This document shows, one piece after another, positions 35,961 to 51,031 of a stretch of 64,000 bases of DNA. Below the pieces are notes generated by a model. The model was not told the DNA's origin. It made no database searches and was given only the letters and a program-made list of their open reading frames with translations. The DNA comes from Octopus sinensis (Eukaryota). The translations under genes were made by a program, and so were the position numbers. The stretch covers positions 26,722,001 through 26,786,000 of the forward strand of contig NC_043018.1 of assembly GCF_006345805.1 (NCBI RefSeq). The letters are read 5' to 3'. How positions within the stretch are numbered: the stretch's first letter is position 1; each line of letters opens with the position of its first letter.

Positions 35961-37231
35961 TTAGGTCGTCAAGTATGAAATTTGTAGTAAGGTATATGGT
36001 AAACTTTGACAGCGGCTCATTTTGCGCCATTATTATATTTTGACAATCTTTATTTTTTGTTAGAAAGCTGACACATCTATTTCTTTATTCTAATTCATAT
36101 TGTATTTTATAAATCGTTTTTGCTATTTTTATTTAGAGATGGTTAAATCGGAAGTTCGTAGAGTTCTGAAATATAAGTTATTTTCTTGGAAATACAGCGT
36201 CACAGACGGCTCAGAATATTATTAGAGTATTTCATTCTAATGTTATTACACAGCAGATAGTATCAAATTTGTTTGCAAAATTTCGTTCTGGTAACCTTGA
36301 TCTCACAATCGAGCAATGCAGTCGACCAGAAACGAAGGTGGATAATGACAAACTGAAAGCTACCGTCGAGTCAGATTCATCTCAAAGTGCCCGTCAATTA
36401 TCATTGTTGTTTGGTGTTAGCAAGCAAATGATATTGACTCACTTAGTTCAAATCGGTAAAGTGACAAAATTGGATAAATGGGTTCCACATGAACTCAATG
36501 AAAATCAGAAACAGCAATGTTTGGAAGCCTGCATTATGCTACTTTCTCGTCACAAAAATGAATCATTTTTGAATCGAATTGTAACATGTAATGATAAATG
36601 GATCCAATACAATAACTGTAAACGTTCAGCACAATGGTTGGACAAAGACGAGCCACCAAAACACAGTCCAAAAAGCAAAATTCATGAAAAGAAGCTGATG
36701 GTGTGTGTTTGGTGGTTTGGTGTAGGTGTGATCCATTATGATTTCATTAAACCTGGCTCATCAATCACGGCCGAAGTATACTGCAGCCAAATGGACCAAA
36801 TGATGCAGAAACTTACAAAAATTAGCCTAGATTAGTCAATAGATCCACTCCTATTTTATTGTAAGACAACGCCAGACCGCATACGCAAAATGACATTGCC
36901 GAAACCACAAGAGTTGGAGTTGGAAGTTCTCCATCATCCACCATACTCACCTGATCTTGCCTCCACTGACTACCACTTCTTCCAGAATTTGGATAACTTT
37001 TTGATAGGAAAAAATTGAATCCCGACGATGCTGTAAAACAGGCCTTCCAAGATTTTATTGACCCCTAAATTGCCAGGCTTTTACAGTACCGGGCTGGACA
37101 AGCTATTGCTGAAATGGCAAAAGTGTATTGACAATATAGGCGCATACTTTGATGAATAAAACTCTTCCTTGTATTTATAAAACATTACCAACCTTTTTTA
37201 TTTTCTACAAATTTCATATTTGACGACATAA
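35961..37231 (+). mobile_element. Mariner transposon (second family, Hsmar1/cecropia-like), decayed
   Basis: TIRs ttaggtcgtcaagtatgaaatttgtag / ctacaaatttcatatttgacgacataa; KWVPHEL, FLNRIVTCNDKW, HPPYSPDLASTDYH. Confidence 0.95.
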
Positions 37232-37569
37232 TAGTATATAATATAATATTATATAATATTATATATATATATTTATATATATGTATATATACACACACAT
37301 ATATATGAATATATATTTATTACATACTATATATATTACATATGGATATATCGATACATATATATATATATATTCATACACATACACATACATATATATA
37401 CACACATATACATATAAATATTACATACAACATATTTTATATGGATATATATATATGTATATATATACATATATATATATGTGTGTGTGTATGTGTGTAC
37501 AATTAAAAAACATTTATTAATTTCGTTAGAAAATTAATTAAAAATAATATTTAGTAAATAATAATAATA

Positions 37570-37607
<38 letters not shown>

Positions 37608-37864
37608 TTCAAATTTTGGCACGAGGCCAGCAAGTTTGAGGGAAGGAGGTTAGTCGATTACATCGACTCCAGTACTTGACTGGTACTTTATTTTATCGAC
37701 CTCGAAAGGATGAAAGGCAAAGTCGACCTCGGCAGGATTTTAACACTCAGAACGCAAAAAGCCTGAATTAATGCTGTTATGCATTTTTTCTCTAAGCACA
37801 AACGATTCTGCCTCCTCGCCATGTTTATATAATAATATTAATGATAATAATAATAATAATAATA

Positions 37865-37910
<46 letters not shown>

Positions 37911-38142
37911 CCTTTCTACTAAAGGCAAAAAGCCTGGAGTTTTTGCGGGGAGGGGGGCTAGTCGATTAGATCGATCCCAGTGTTCAACTGGTACTTCTTT
38001 TATCGACCCCGAAAGGATGAAAGGCAAAGTCGACCCCAGCGGAATTTGTACTCAGAGCATAAAGACGGACGGAATACCGCTAAGCATTTCGCCCCGCCGT
38101 GCTAACGAATCTGTCAGCTCCGCCGCCTCAGTAGTAATAACC

Positions 38143-38203
<61 letters not shown>

Positions 38204-38294
38204 TAATAATATTAAAAGATGTTTAATAATACATGTTCAATAATAAAATCGTAATAAAAGCTTAGTAATATGATACTTGTACATAATGAATTTG

Positions 38295-38524
38295 TTAATA
38301 AAACCGGCCGGAAATTGTAATGGCTGAAATGACAGTTAAGGCAGTGATGGTGGTGGCAGTCACAACAGTGGTGCTGAGGTGTACGGTTTCAACCCCAGCT
38401 GTCTGGGTGTTTGTCCCATTATCAGGCCTTGATTCCGGTTCAGCTTTCACACCGGTTTCCAGTTTTGGGCTTGTTGTTAGTATTTCGGATTTGTTGGCCG
38501 CTGTGATCGATTTTTCGGTTATAT
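38295..38524 (-). CDS. Probable terminal coding exon of a host gene: Thr/Ser-rich stalk plus hydrophobic C-terminus
   Basis: Acceptor tctctcactttctttaatttattcAG, phase 1, then ITEKSITAANKSEILTTSPKLETGVKAEPESRPDNGTNTQTAGVETVHLSTTVVTATTITALTVISAITISGRFY*; ATTAAA about 70 nt downstream (38222-38227); unique, non-repetitive sequence. Confidence 0.7.
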
Positions 38525-38784
38525 CTGAATAAATTAAAGAAAGTGAGAGAGAGAATGAGAGAGAGGTAGAGAGATGGATGGTGAGACAAAATAAAAATAA
38601 AGAAAGACAACTGTTAAAAACAATTATGAAAAGAAAATAATAAATAACATTTAAATAGTGGCTGAAAGAAAACGACCCGACTGATGGTTAATTATTTTAA
38701 TTAATTACTGAAGTCCGTAATTATTAACAAGTTTTGTATGCCATGTAGAGACGTAGATGAATATCTGTCCGTCTGTCCGTCTGT

Positions 38785-38841
<57 letters not shown>

Positions 38842-38859
38842 TGTCTGTCTGTCTGCCTG

Positions 38860-38913
<54 letters not shown>

Positions 38914-39229
38914 AACTTAGTTTCTCAACTAGCTAGAAATGGCAGCTAATGTTTCCTAAAATAACAGTCTACAGTTTTGGATTTAAAAAAAAAATTCTTG
39001 AAGCCATTTGAAGTATTTCAAAGTCTGCCGAGGTCGACTTTGACTTTCAAGCTGTCGGGATCGATAAGGTAAGTACCAGTCGAATATTGGGATCGATATA
39101 ATTTAACTTAACCCATCCCCGAAATTACTGGCTTTGCCTTTTATCCTTTCGGGGTCGATAAAATAAGTCCCAGTTGAACAACAGCAAACAAGGTAAACAA
39201 GCAGATAAGTATTTCTTCTGACTCCTAGT

Positions 39230-39890
39230 TCACCACAACCACCACCATCCCCCCCACCACCACTACCATCAACACCAATACTACTACCGTCATCACTACC
39301 ACCACCACCACCACCACCACCACCACCAAACCACCATCACCACCACTACCACCATCACCACCACAACAACCATTACTACAACTATTACTACAACCATCAC
39401 CACCACCACTACCATCAACACCAATACTACTACCGTCATCACCACCACTACCAGAACCAACTCCACCACCACTACCACCACAACCATTGCCACCATCACC
39501 ACCACCACTACCACCACTACCACCACTACCAGTACCAACTCCACCACCACCACCACCACCACCACCACCACCACTACTACCATCATCACTACTATTACTA
39601 CCACTACCACAACAACAACCATTACTACAACCATCACCACCTCCACTACCATCACCACTAATACTACTACCGTCATCACTACCACTACCAGTACCAACTC
39701 CACCACCACTATCACCATCATCACTACTACCTTACCACCACCACACACAACAACAAAAACATTACTAAACCATCACCACCACCACTACCACCAATACTAC
39801 TACCGTCATCACCACCACTACCAGTACCAACTCCACCACTATCACGAACGCCACCACCACCACCACCACCACCACCATCACCATCACAAC
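39230..39890. repeat. (CCA)/(CTA)-rich low-complexity tract with recurring accaatactactaccgtcatcac modules
   Basis: Direct inspection. Confidence 0.9.
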
Positions 39891-40497
39891 AGCATCCAAA
39901 GCAACTTTTTTTTCTGAAATTGCCAAACTTTCTCGATCTCTCCATCACCCGTCTGCCAATTCTGCCTTAAAGGTTTGATATCGATAAATAAATAAATAAC
40001 GCCAAACCCACTTCCCGCTGTGACAGGCTGGATATATTCTAAGACAGCAACTTAAGTCAGTAATAAGTCGTATAAAAGGAGATAAGCTTGAGCAACACAA
40101 AGGCCTTAGATTATTATTGACATTTTCTGCGATCACCATTTCGAGTTCTTTTGTATTTCGAACAACTTTCTCTGTCCGTTCCACTATTTATATCAAGATG
40201 CGTCTGTCACGTTAATCAATGCCAGTACTCTGGTCTTTTATTATTGTTTTGTCCCCCTTTTTCGATGGCAAGAAGGTTAGCAGATTTCTTCTGGAAACTT
40301 CCCCGTCTGTACGACCATCCATCCATCCGTCCGTCCGTCCGTCCGTCCGTCCGTCTGTCTATCTCTGCGTATCCCAAACGAGAGAAATATTTAATGAAAT
40401 TCTGATGATAGTTTAAAACTGCTAACCACCCTTTGCACTTGGCACTTTTCCTTCGATTAGAATATTTTATGAAAATTACACCATATATATATATATA

Positions 40498-40543
<46 letters not shown>

Positions 40544-40994
40544 GTAAATATTCTGCTCAATACCACAGATTTGCTTGTCAGTTGTTTGACCTTAACCAGT
40601 TGAGCATGTCCCTTAGTGGCTGACGATAGTGGTATCTCTGATCACGAGCAGAAGTAGTGGGGGAGCATCATAGCCATGTGTTGAGAAGGATTCTTTGGGG
40701 TTTGGATAATTCACCTCTGGAAACATGGGTGTTTCGTTCAACGTCCTTAAAAAACCCTTATTCAGGGACCTTTTGAGCGGGATGGGTTACTCGATCTGAA
40801 GAAAATTCTAACTGGGCTCCACCTGCAAGGTCATGTGCTGTTTATCTTGATATGATATCACCATGTCGCGCACATATGGTTGTGATGCATGTGCCTGGTG
40901 TACCCTTATCAGACGGGTAGTCATGATTGAGTATACTGGGCTTCGTATATTTTACCCCAGTGTCAATTTGATGGCATGCTCTGCTCGCTCACTC
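40544..40994. mobile_element. Partial copy of the unclassified ~550-bp (TAA)n-associated repeat
   Basis: Colinear with 42601-43146 and 57200-57748. Confidence 0.85.
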
Positions 40995-41015
40995 AATAAT
41001 AATAATAATAATAAT

Positions 41016-41046
<31 letters not shown>

Positions 41047-41050
41047 TAAA

Positions 41051-41091
<41 letters not shown>

Positions 41092-41117
41092 TAATGTTAG
41101 GGAGTATAGCTCCTAAC

Positions 41118-41217
41118 NNNNNNNNNNNNNNNNNNNNNNNNNNNNNNNNNNNNNNNNNNNNNNNNNNNNNNNNNNNNNNNNNNNNNNNNNNNNNNNNNNN
41201 NNNNNNNNNNNNNNNNN
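41118..41217. other. Assembly gap (100 N)
   Basis: Run of N. Confidence 1.
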
Positions 41218-41430
41218 AAAAACAGTACAAGGAGTATATATACTAAACCTGCATGTATATACATACATACATACATACATGTATATATATACACACTTGC
41301 ATACATACATACATACATACATGCATACATACATATACATATACATATACATATCGCTGTGATCGCCGCCGTGACCAACCAGGCTATCAGATGTTGCGAC
41401 AAATCGCTGGTCACAATGCATATATATGTA

Positions 41431-41474
<44 letters not shown>

Positions 41475-42208
41475 TATACGTACACACACATATGCATATA
41501 TGCATAGATATTTACACAACCATATATATATATTTATGTGTATATACATATATGCATGTGTGTATGTATATTAACATGTACAAGTATATATATATATGAA
41601 TATACATACATATATGTATGGATACATGTATGGGAATATTCTTTATGTCTCGTTTCTCTGTTTTTTTTGTTGTTTCAAAAAAAGTTTGTTTTTATGTTTT
41701 TGCTTTTATGTTTTCGTTTCTCATTGTGTTCAAATTTTTTTTGATGTCCTGTACCCATATATGCATGTAGGTATGTACATATATGTATGCATATATGCAT
41801 ATATTTATATATTATTTATATTATTATAATATAGATATATATATATAAATCTTTACATATGTGTGTGTGTGTATATATGTATGCATGTATTTGTATGTAT
41901 GTATATATATATATGTATACACACATGCACACACATGTATATGATCATTCAGGCACAAGGTCAGTAATTTTGAGGGGAGGGGCGAAGTTGATTACATCAA
42001 CTCCAAAGCTCCTCTGATACTTCTCTTATCAACCTTGAAAAGATGAAAGGAAACTCGATCTCCACAGAATTTGAACCCAGCACCAAAAGAGCTGGAGGAA
42101 ATGCCACGAAGCAGTTTCTCTGATGCACAAATGAATCTGCCAGCTCCTCGTCTGATTAACAACAACAACAACAACAACAATAATAATAATAATAATTAAT
42201 TCTTTTAT

Positions 42209-42252
<44 letters not shown>

Positions 42253-42535
42253 TAATAGTAATAATAAATGATGATGATGATGATTTTATTTATTGTCACA
42301 AGAGAGAATAATGGTCTCGAAATTGTGGCAGAGGGCCAGCAATTTGAGGGAAGGGGAATGAGTCAATTACTTCAACCCCCAGCCCACAACTGGTACTTTA
42401 TTTTATCAACCCCCCCCCCAAAAAAAAAGATGAAAGGTAAAGCTGACCTTGGTGGAATTTGAACTCAGAATGTAAAATGCAGCTAAGCAGTTTTCCTGGT
42501 ATGCCAAAGATTCTACCACCTTGCCACTATATTAC

Positions 42536-42579
<44 letters not shown>

Positions 42580-42600
42580 TGATGATGATGATGATGATAA

Positions 42601-43146
42601 AACGCCCTGATGCAGTACCAGGCAGTGGCTCTCATGGCTTCTGATCTTAACTGATTGAAAGTGTTATCATGTACATTGTTTTGTCTTGGTATAAAATATG
42701 GGCTACAGCAAATATTCTGCTCAATACCACAGATTTGCTTGTGACCAGTTGAGCGTGTCCCTTGGTAGCTAAAGATATGTGCATCTCTGATAACAAGCAG
42801 AAGTAGTTGGGGGAGCATCGTAGCCATGTGTTGAGAGGAATTCTTTGAGGCTTGGATAATTCACCTCTGCAAACATGGGTGTTTTGTTTGACATCTTTAA
42901 ACAACCCTTATTCAGGGACCTTTTTATGCGGGATGGGCTACTTGACCTGAAGAAAATTTTAACTGGGCCCCCACTTGCAAAGTCATGTGCTGTATATTTT
43001 GATATGTGATCACCATGTCACGCACATATGGTTATGATGCATGTGTCTAGTGTAGCTTTATCAGACGAGTAGTGATGATGGGTGTACTGGGCTTCGTATA
43101 TTTGTACTCTGGTGTCACTTAGATGGCACGCATTGCTCTCTCACTC
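42601..43146. mobile_element. Unclassified ~550-bp interspersed repeat, full length, in (TAA)n
   Basis: gccctgatgcagtaccaggcagtgg ... gcattgctctctcactc|aat; same ends as the copy at 57200-57748. Confidence 0.85.
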
Positions 43147-43150
43147 AATC

Positions 43151-43194
<44 letters not shown>

Positions 43195-43650
43195 CATAAT
43201 CATGATGATGATAAGGATTTCGGATTTTGACACAGGGCCGGCAGCTTTTGAGGGTTGTGGAAAGTCAATTATATCAACCCCAGTATTCAGCAGGTATTTA
43301 TTTCATCAGCCTTGGATTTGAACACAGAACATAAAGGACGGGTGAAATGCCATTAGGCATTTTGCACGGTGTGGGAATAATTTTGTCAGCTTGCTGCCTT
43401 AATAACAACAACAACAACAACAATAATAATAACAATCCTTTCTACCAAAGGCACAAGGCCTGAAATTTTTTGCTGGGGGGGACTAGTCAATTACATCAAT
43501 CCCCAGTGTTTCACTGGTACTTAATTTATCGGCCCTGAAAGGATAAAAGGCAAATTCACTCTGGCAGAATTTGAACTCAGAATGTAGTGACGGACGAAAT
43601 ACCGCTAAGCGTTTCGTTCAGCGTGCTAACGATTCTGCCAGCTCTCCGCC

Positions 43651-43714
<64 letters not shown>

Positions 43715-43785
43715 TAATAATAATAATCATAATAATAAAAATAGCAATAATAATAATGATAATACTAATAATAATAATAATAATG

Positions 43786-43818
<33 letters not shown>

Positions 43819-44093
43819 GTAACAACGATAATAATGGTTTCAAATTTTAGCACAAGGCCAGAAATTTTTCGGAGAAGGGGATGTATCTATAACATTGGCC
43901 CCCCAGTACTCAACTTGTACTTATTTTATCTATCCCACGATGATGAAAAGCAAGGTGGACTTTGGCAGAATTTGAACACAAAATGTAAAGACGGGTGAAA
44001 TGCCGCTAAGCGCTTAGCCCGCTGTGCTAACGATTCCGCCAGCTCACAGCCTAAATAATAATAACAACAATAATGATGATGATGATAATAATC

Positions 44094-44141
<48 letters not shown>

Positions 44142-44919
44142 GTAATACTAATAATAATAATAATAATAATTATAGTAATAATAATGGAATTAATATCGCG
44201 CAAATACAAAAGAGAAATGGTTTTTTGGGCTGCAAAGTATTTTTGCATCGTTAGCAGAAAACTCATTAAGTATGAAAGATAAAAATAAACATAATTAATT
44301 GTCACAAATTAAACTTAACAAACCTACAAATAAATTGACAATATATATATAGTAAAAAACATACATACTTATATACATACATACATACATATATGTACAT
44401 ATGTATATGTGTATGTGTGTGTGTGTGTGCGTGCTTGCAGGTATGTATGTATGTAGGTAGGTATGTGTGTGTGTGTGTGTATAGGTGCAATGTTATATGG
44501 ACATGGTGAATGCTTGGTCACAAGACAGCAGTAAAAGTGATGTTACATCATCGCCAATGGAAACGGTTGGTTAATCAGAATTTAACCATTTTAACCATCT
44601 ACATACAATCCGGAGCGTGAGAGATTCCGGAAAGTGACGGAAAGTGTCGAAAATTTAAGATTTTCTCTCACGGTCAATCACGTTTGTGTGCAAAAAATAG
44701 GGGAGGGGTAGGGGTGGATAAAAAAACAAAAAAACTTTACAGTGAGCTCTACATGTGTGTATATGTGTGTGTATGAGCATGTGCGTGTGTATATGTGTGT
44801 GTGTATATGTGTCTGGTTGTATGTGAGTATATATATGTATGTATGTATATATGTGTATATATATATATATTTATATATATATGTATGCATGTTTATATAT
44901 GTATATACACACACACATG

Positions 44920-44961
<42 letters not shown>

Positions 44962-45382
44962 CACAAATACACACATATATATATATGCATGTATATATTT
45001 ATGAATATAGATGTGTGTGTGTATATGTGTATATGTATATATGTGTAAATACATACATACACACACACATATATGTATATACATATATATATGTATGTAT
45101 ATATATATATATATATATAATACATATATATATATACACAAATACCTATATATTTGTTTTATTCATCTCTTCCACAACAATATATACCTTTTTCAATGAT
45201 TTTCTCTTATTTCTTTCTTTTCTCTTTCTTCCTTTTTCTCTCTTTTTTTTCTTTTTTTTCTTTCTTAGCGTCTAAATAAGATCAAAATGAAAATTATGAC
45301 TATATTCGTGACATCATCAACTCACCACCCTTAAAAAAAATTGACAAAACAAAAACACAAAACAAAATACCACCCCTTCTAC

Positions 45383-45417
<35 letters not shown>

Positions 45418-45533
45418 TGTTTCTGTATTACATCATTTATTTCAAAGGAACTTCTGACAGTTTTTAAGGGATTTTGTTGTTGTTGTTGCTGTATTGAAAT
45501 GCTACACTTTACAAATTTTTAGCTGAAGCTTGT

Positions 45534-45620
<87 letters not shown>

Positions 45621-45749
45621 GACACACATACACATGCATAGACATTCACGCATATGATTCTCATAAACACGTACATATGCACACACATATAAGAGTACAT
45701 TCACACACTTTCACACAAGCGTGCACTCACGCACATATGCTACACACAC

Positions 45750-46015
45750 ACACACATGCACACAAAGACACATACACAGACACACACATGCACACAAAGA
45801 CACATACACAGACACACACATGCACACAAAGACACATACACAGACACACACATGCACACAAAGACACATACACAGACACACACATGCACACAAAGACACA
45901 TACACAGACACACACATGCACACAAAGACACATACACAGACACACACATGCACACAAAGACACATACACACACACACACATGCACACAAAGACACATACA
46001 CAGACACACACATGC
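45750..46015. repeat. 32-bp minisatellite (atgcacacaaagacacatacacagacacacac), about 8 units
   Basis: Direct inspection. Confidence 0.95.
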
Positions 46016-46099
46016 ACTCTTTCATCTTTCCCTCTCTCTCTTTCTTTCTCTCTTTCTCTTCCTCTCTGTCTCTCAATCTATTTCACACACGCACACTCA

Positions 46100-46803
46100 C
46101 ATACACACACATGCACATACACGCACTCATATAAACACACACACATACACATGTAAACACATTTGCACAAACACGTGTTTCCTCACTCACACGCATGCAC
46201 ACATACACACACTTTTATCCTTTCATCTCTCTCTCTCATGCACACACATGCATATGCACACACACATGCACACACATGGGCACTCATACACACATACACA
46301 CACACATAACTACACATTTGCATGCACACACAAACGTACATTTACTCACACATTTACGCAAGCACACATTGTCTGCACACATGTACCACACACACACACA
46401 CATGCACACACATGCACTCACATATAAACATACATTCACACATACATTTACACAAACACGTGTATTCACACACACACATGCACACATACCACAAACACAC
46501 ACTTACATGCACACACACACACATTCATATTTTTCTCCTCTTCTTTCTATCTCTCTCTCTCTCTCTCTCTCTCTTTCTATCTTCTCTCTGTGTATTCATG
46601 TAGTTTCTCTCTTTTTCCTTCACTTTTCTCTCTTCCTCTTCCTTCTTCTCTCTCTCCCCCTCTCTCCCCATCTCCCCCCCCATCACCCCTCCTCCTCTCT
46701 CTGTTGCACATTCACACACATACAGTCATATAAACACATGCATACCCATACCTATAAACACACACACACACACACACATGACTTACACAAACACATATGC
46801 ATA

Positions 46804-46839
<36 letters not shown>

Positions 46840-47063
46840 TTTTACGTCTCTCTTTCTCTCTCTCTTTTTCTACCTCTCACGTGCGCACACACACACATGT
46901 ACACACTTTCATCTCCATCTTCTATCTAAACATCTATCGCCTTTCATCTCTCATCCTTTCTCTCCTTTTCTCCTCCTCCTCTTCCTCCACCGCCTATTTT
47001 TCCTCTCTTCCTCACTTCTTCTTTCGTTCTATTTCTCTCTCTCTCTCTCTCTCTCTCACTCAG

Positions 47064-47096
<33 letters not shown>

Positions 47097-47590
47097 TGCA
47101 ATCAGTCACACACGTGCACACATATTCATCTCTCTCTCTCTCTTCTCACTCTCTCACTCTTTTCTTCTCTCTCTCTCCCTTTCTCTCCTCTCTCTTATCT
47201 CTTTCCTCATCTCTCTCTCCTTTCTCTTCTCTCCTTCTCCCTCTTCTCTCTCCCTCTCCCTCTCTCTATCCCTCTCCCTCTCTCTCCCCCCATCCTCTCT
47301 CTCTCTCTCATCCTCCTCTCTCTCTCTCCTCTCTCTCTCACTCAGACACACACACCAACCACACACACACACACAAACATGCAATCAGTCACACACGTGC
47401 ACACATATTCCTCTCTCTCTCTCTCTTCTCACTCTCTCCCTCTCACTCTTTTCCTTCTCTTCTCTCTCCCTATTTTCTCCTCTCTCTCTTATCTCTTTCT
47501 CTCTCTCTCTCCTTCTCCTCTCTCCTTCTCTCTCTCCTTCTCTCTCTCCTTCTCCCTCTCTCCCTCTCTCTATCCCTCTCCCTCTCTCCC

Positions 47591-47661
<71 letters not shown>

Positions 47662-48526
47662 ATATATATATATATTCTCTCTACATATCTACCTCCCTTA
47701 TTTCAATATTTTCCCCTTTCTCTCCCTCTTTTTCTCCTTCCCCCTCTCTCCTCTTCTACCTTCCCTTGCTCTTCAGTTTTCCATCTCTCTTCCTCTCTCC
47801 CTCCCGCCCTCCCCCTCTCTCTATCTCTCTTTTTATATCTTACCCTCTTCTACCATCTCACGGCCCTTTGCTTTCTCTAACACACCTTATCTCCGTATCT
47901 CCCTTTCATTATCTACCTCCCACTATTACTTGCACCATACACTCACACAAACACACACAAGCATACACCTATACAAACACACTAACACACACACACACGT
48001 ACACCTATACAAACACACTCATGCTCAACATGCTCACAGTCACGTGCACATACATACAGATGATGATGATGCACTCACACTCTGAGAGCAAAAGAGTAAA
48101 ACACGCACATACATACACACACACACACACATGTAGATGCGCATGCACACACATACCCCTCAGACATAAACATGCTCAGATACACAGAAACACACATGCA
48201 CACACACACGCACACACACACACATACACACACACATACCCATCAGACATACACGTGCACACACACACACACACAGACACACATGCATGCACACAGACAC
48301 ACATACACATACACATACTTATCAGACATAAACATGCACAGATACATAGACACACACACACACACGCACATTCAAACACACCATTCACACATGCACAAAT
48401 ACACACTTACACACACACAAACTTACAGACATTCACAAGCTTATGCATGTGCACACATAGAAAACTATGCATACACACACATACAAACACACACAAACAC
48501 ACACATACAAACACACACACGCACAA

Positions 48527-48559
<33 letters not shown>

Positions 48560-48789
48560 CAAACACACACACAAACACACACATACAAACACACACACGC
48601 ACAAACACACACACACACACAAACACATACATTCATGCATGATCATATCTACACAGAAACACACATGCACACACACACGCACACACACACACATACACAC
48701 ACACATACCCATCAGACATACACGTGCACACACACACACACACATACACATACACATACTTATCAGACATAAACATGCACAGATACATA

Positions 48790-48835
<46 letters not shown>

Positions 48836-49375
48836 TACATTCATGCATGATCATATCTACACAGAAACACACAAATGTAAAAAGCATGCAAACATACACA
48901 TGCACACGTATATACAATACAAAAAGCTAAAAGAAGCACATAGATGCACACATGCATACGCATACACAAATGCACACACACTCACACAAAAAGAAAAAGT
49001 ACATATATACATCCACTCAAACACAAACAAAAAATGCATGCACATACACACACACATGCACAGTCACGCACAAGCACACACATGCGTGCACACACACACA
49101 CACATGCATGCACACAGACACACATACATATACACATACCCATCAGACAAAAGCATGCACAGATACATAGACACACATGCACATACACACACGCACACAC
49201 GCACACACACACGCACACACACACACATTCACACATGCACACACACACACACACACACACATGCACACACATACATGCACAGTCACGCACACACACACAC
49301 ATGCATGCACACAGACACACATACATATACACATACCCATCAGACATAAACATGCACAGATACATAGACACACAT

Positions 49376-49409
<34 letters not shown>

Positions 49410-49490
49410 TCAAACACGCCATTCACACATGCACAAATAACACACTTACACACATACAAACTTACAGACATTCACAAGCACACACACACG
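46100..49490. repeat. CA/CT-rich low-complexity region with higher-order duplications
   Basis: aaacatgcaatcagtcacacacgtgc at about 47092 and 47376; catcagacataaacatgcacagatacatagac recurs about five times between 48160 and 49370. Confidence 0.9.
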
Positions 49491-49614
49491 CATTTGATGT
49501 TTTTCATCGTATATGATAAATATTGTAATATGTTTTGTCATTATCAAGTCATTATGTTTTGTATTCGTTTATCGTTACATAATAAACAACTCCCTGTTTG
49601 TTGTGTTTCGTTCT

Positions 49615-50575
49615 GACAAGTTGTTACCTTCTCACTGGTCTAGCTGTGTTGTTGCCAAGTTGTCGCTTGCTGAATTGTATGTGACGTTTTGTGTTGCTAG
49701 GTTGTGTTGCTGCCAACTTGGCTTCTTGCCAAATTGTTTGTTGGGTTTCATTTTGTCAAATTGTGTTGTTACCTAGTTGCCACTTGCTGAATTGTAATTG
49801 TTGTTTTGTGTTGCTAGGTTGTGTTGTTGCCAACTTGGCGTATTGCCAAATTGTTTGTTGTGTCTCATGTTGTCAAATTGTGTTGTTACCTAGGTGCCAC
49901 TTGCTGAATTGTTTATTGCATTTTGTGTTGTCAAGTTGTGTTGTTGCCAAATTGCTTCTTGGTAAGTTGTTTGTTGCAATTTGTGTTGTCAAGCTGTGTT
50001 GTTGCCGAGTTAGCTTCTTGTTAAAATGTTTGTTGGGTTTTGTATTGTCAAATTGTGTTGTTGTTAACTTGTCTCTTGCTAACTTCTATATTGCATTTTG
50101 TATTGCCAAGTTGTGTTGCTGCCAAGTTGCCTCTTGCTAAATTGTTTATTGGGTTTTGTATTGTCAAATTGTGTTGTTGTTAACTTGTCTCTTACTAACT
50201 TCTATATTGTGTTTTGTGTTGCCAAGTTGCCTAAATTGTTCATTGGGTTTTGTGTTGTCAAATTGCATTGTTACCTAGTTGCCACTTGCTGAATTGTTTA
50301 TTGCATTTTGTGTTGTCAAGCTGTGTTGTTGTTGCTGCTTCTTGCTGACTTGTCAGATGCATTTTGTGTTGTTAAGTTGGGTAATTGCCAAGTTGCCTCT
50401 TGCTAAATTGTTGGCTGTATTTTATATTGTCAAATTGTGTTGTTGCCTAGATGTCTCTTGCTAAATTGCTTGTTATGTTTCATGTTGTTGTCAAATTGTC
50501 TTCTGCTGAATTGCTTTTCATGTTTACTATTACCAAGGTGCAATACTACTAAGTTGTCTATTGCTGAATTGTTGC
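49615..50575. repeat. Degenerate ~58-bp minisatellite built from 13-16-bp ttg..aa subunits
   Basis: Unit similar to ttgtgttgttgccaagttgcctcttgctaaattgtttattgggttttgtattgtcaaa. Confidence 0.85.
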
Positions 50576-50890
50576 ATTCAACGTTCAATCACTCACTTTC
50601 CCCTTCCAAACTGCTAAGTTATAGGAACACAAACAAACCAACACCAGTTGTCAAGTGGTGGTTAGGGACAACTGCAAAGATAAAGACACTCTGTCTCACT
50701 TTCTCTATTTCACTCCATCTCTCACTCTATCTCACTATCTCTCTCTCTGTGTCTCTCTGTCTCTCTCTCTGTCACACTTTCTTCTCTGTCTCACTCTCGT
50801 CTCACTCTCTCTCTCTCTCTCTCTGTCTCACTCTCTCTCTCTCTCTCTGTCTCACTCTCTCTCTCACTCTCTCTTTCACTCTCACTCTCA

Positions 50891-50928
<38 letters not shown>

Positions 50929-51031
50929 CTCTCTCCTACATACTGACACACACACATTCACTCACTTATGTATGACGGGCCTCTTCCAGTTTCTGTTCTC
51001 CATTTCATTAATAATAATAATAATAATACAA

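Noticed and set aside
38320-38532. Plus-strand 70-aa ORF MAEMTVKAV...
   Set aside because: Antisense shadow of the minus-strand exon, which has the splice acceptor and stop.
46797-49349. 850-aa His/Thr-rich ORF
   Set aside because: CA/CT low-complexity DNA has few stop codons on this strand; no domain, splice or codon evidence.
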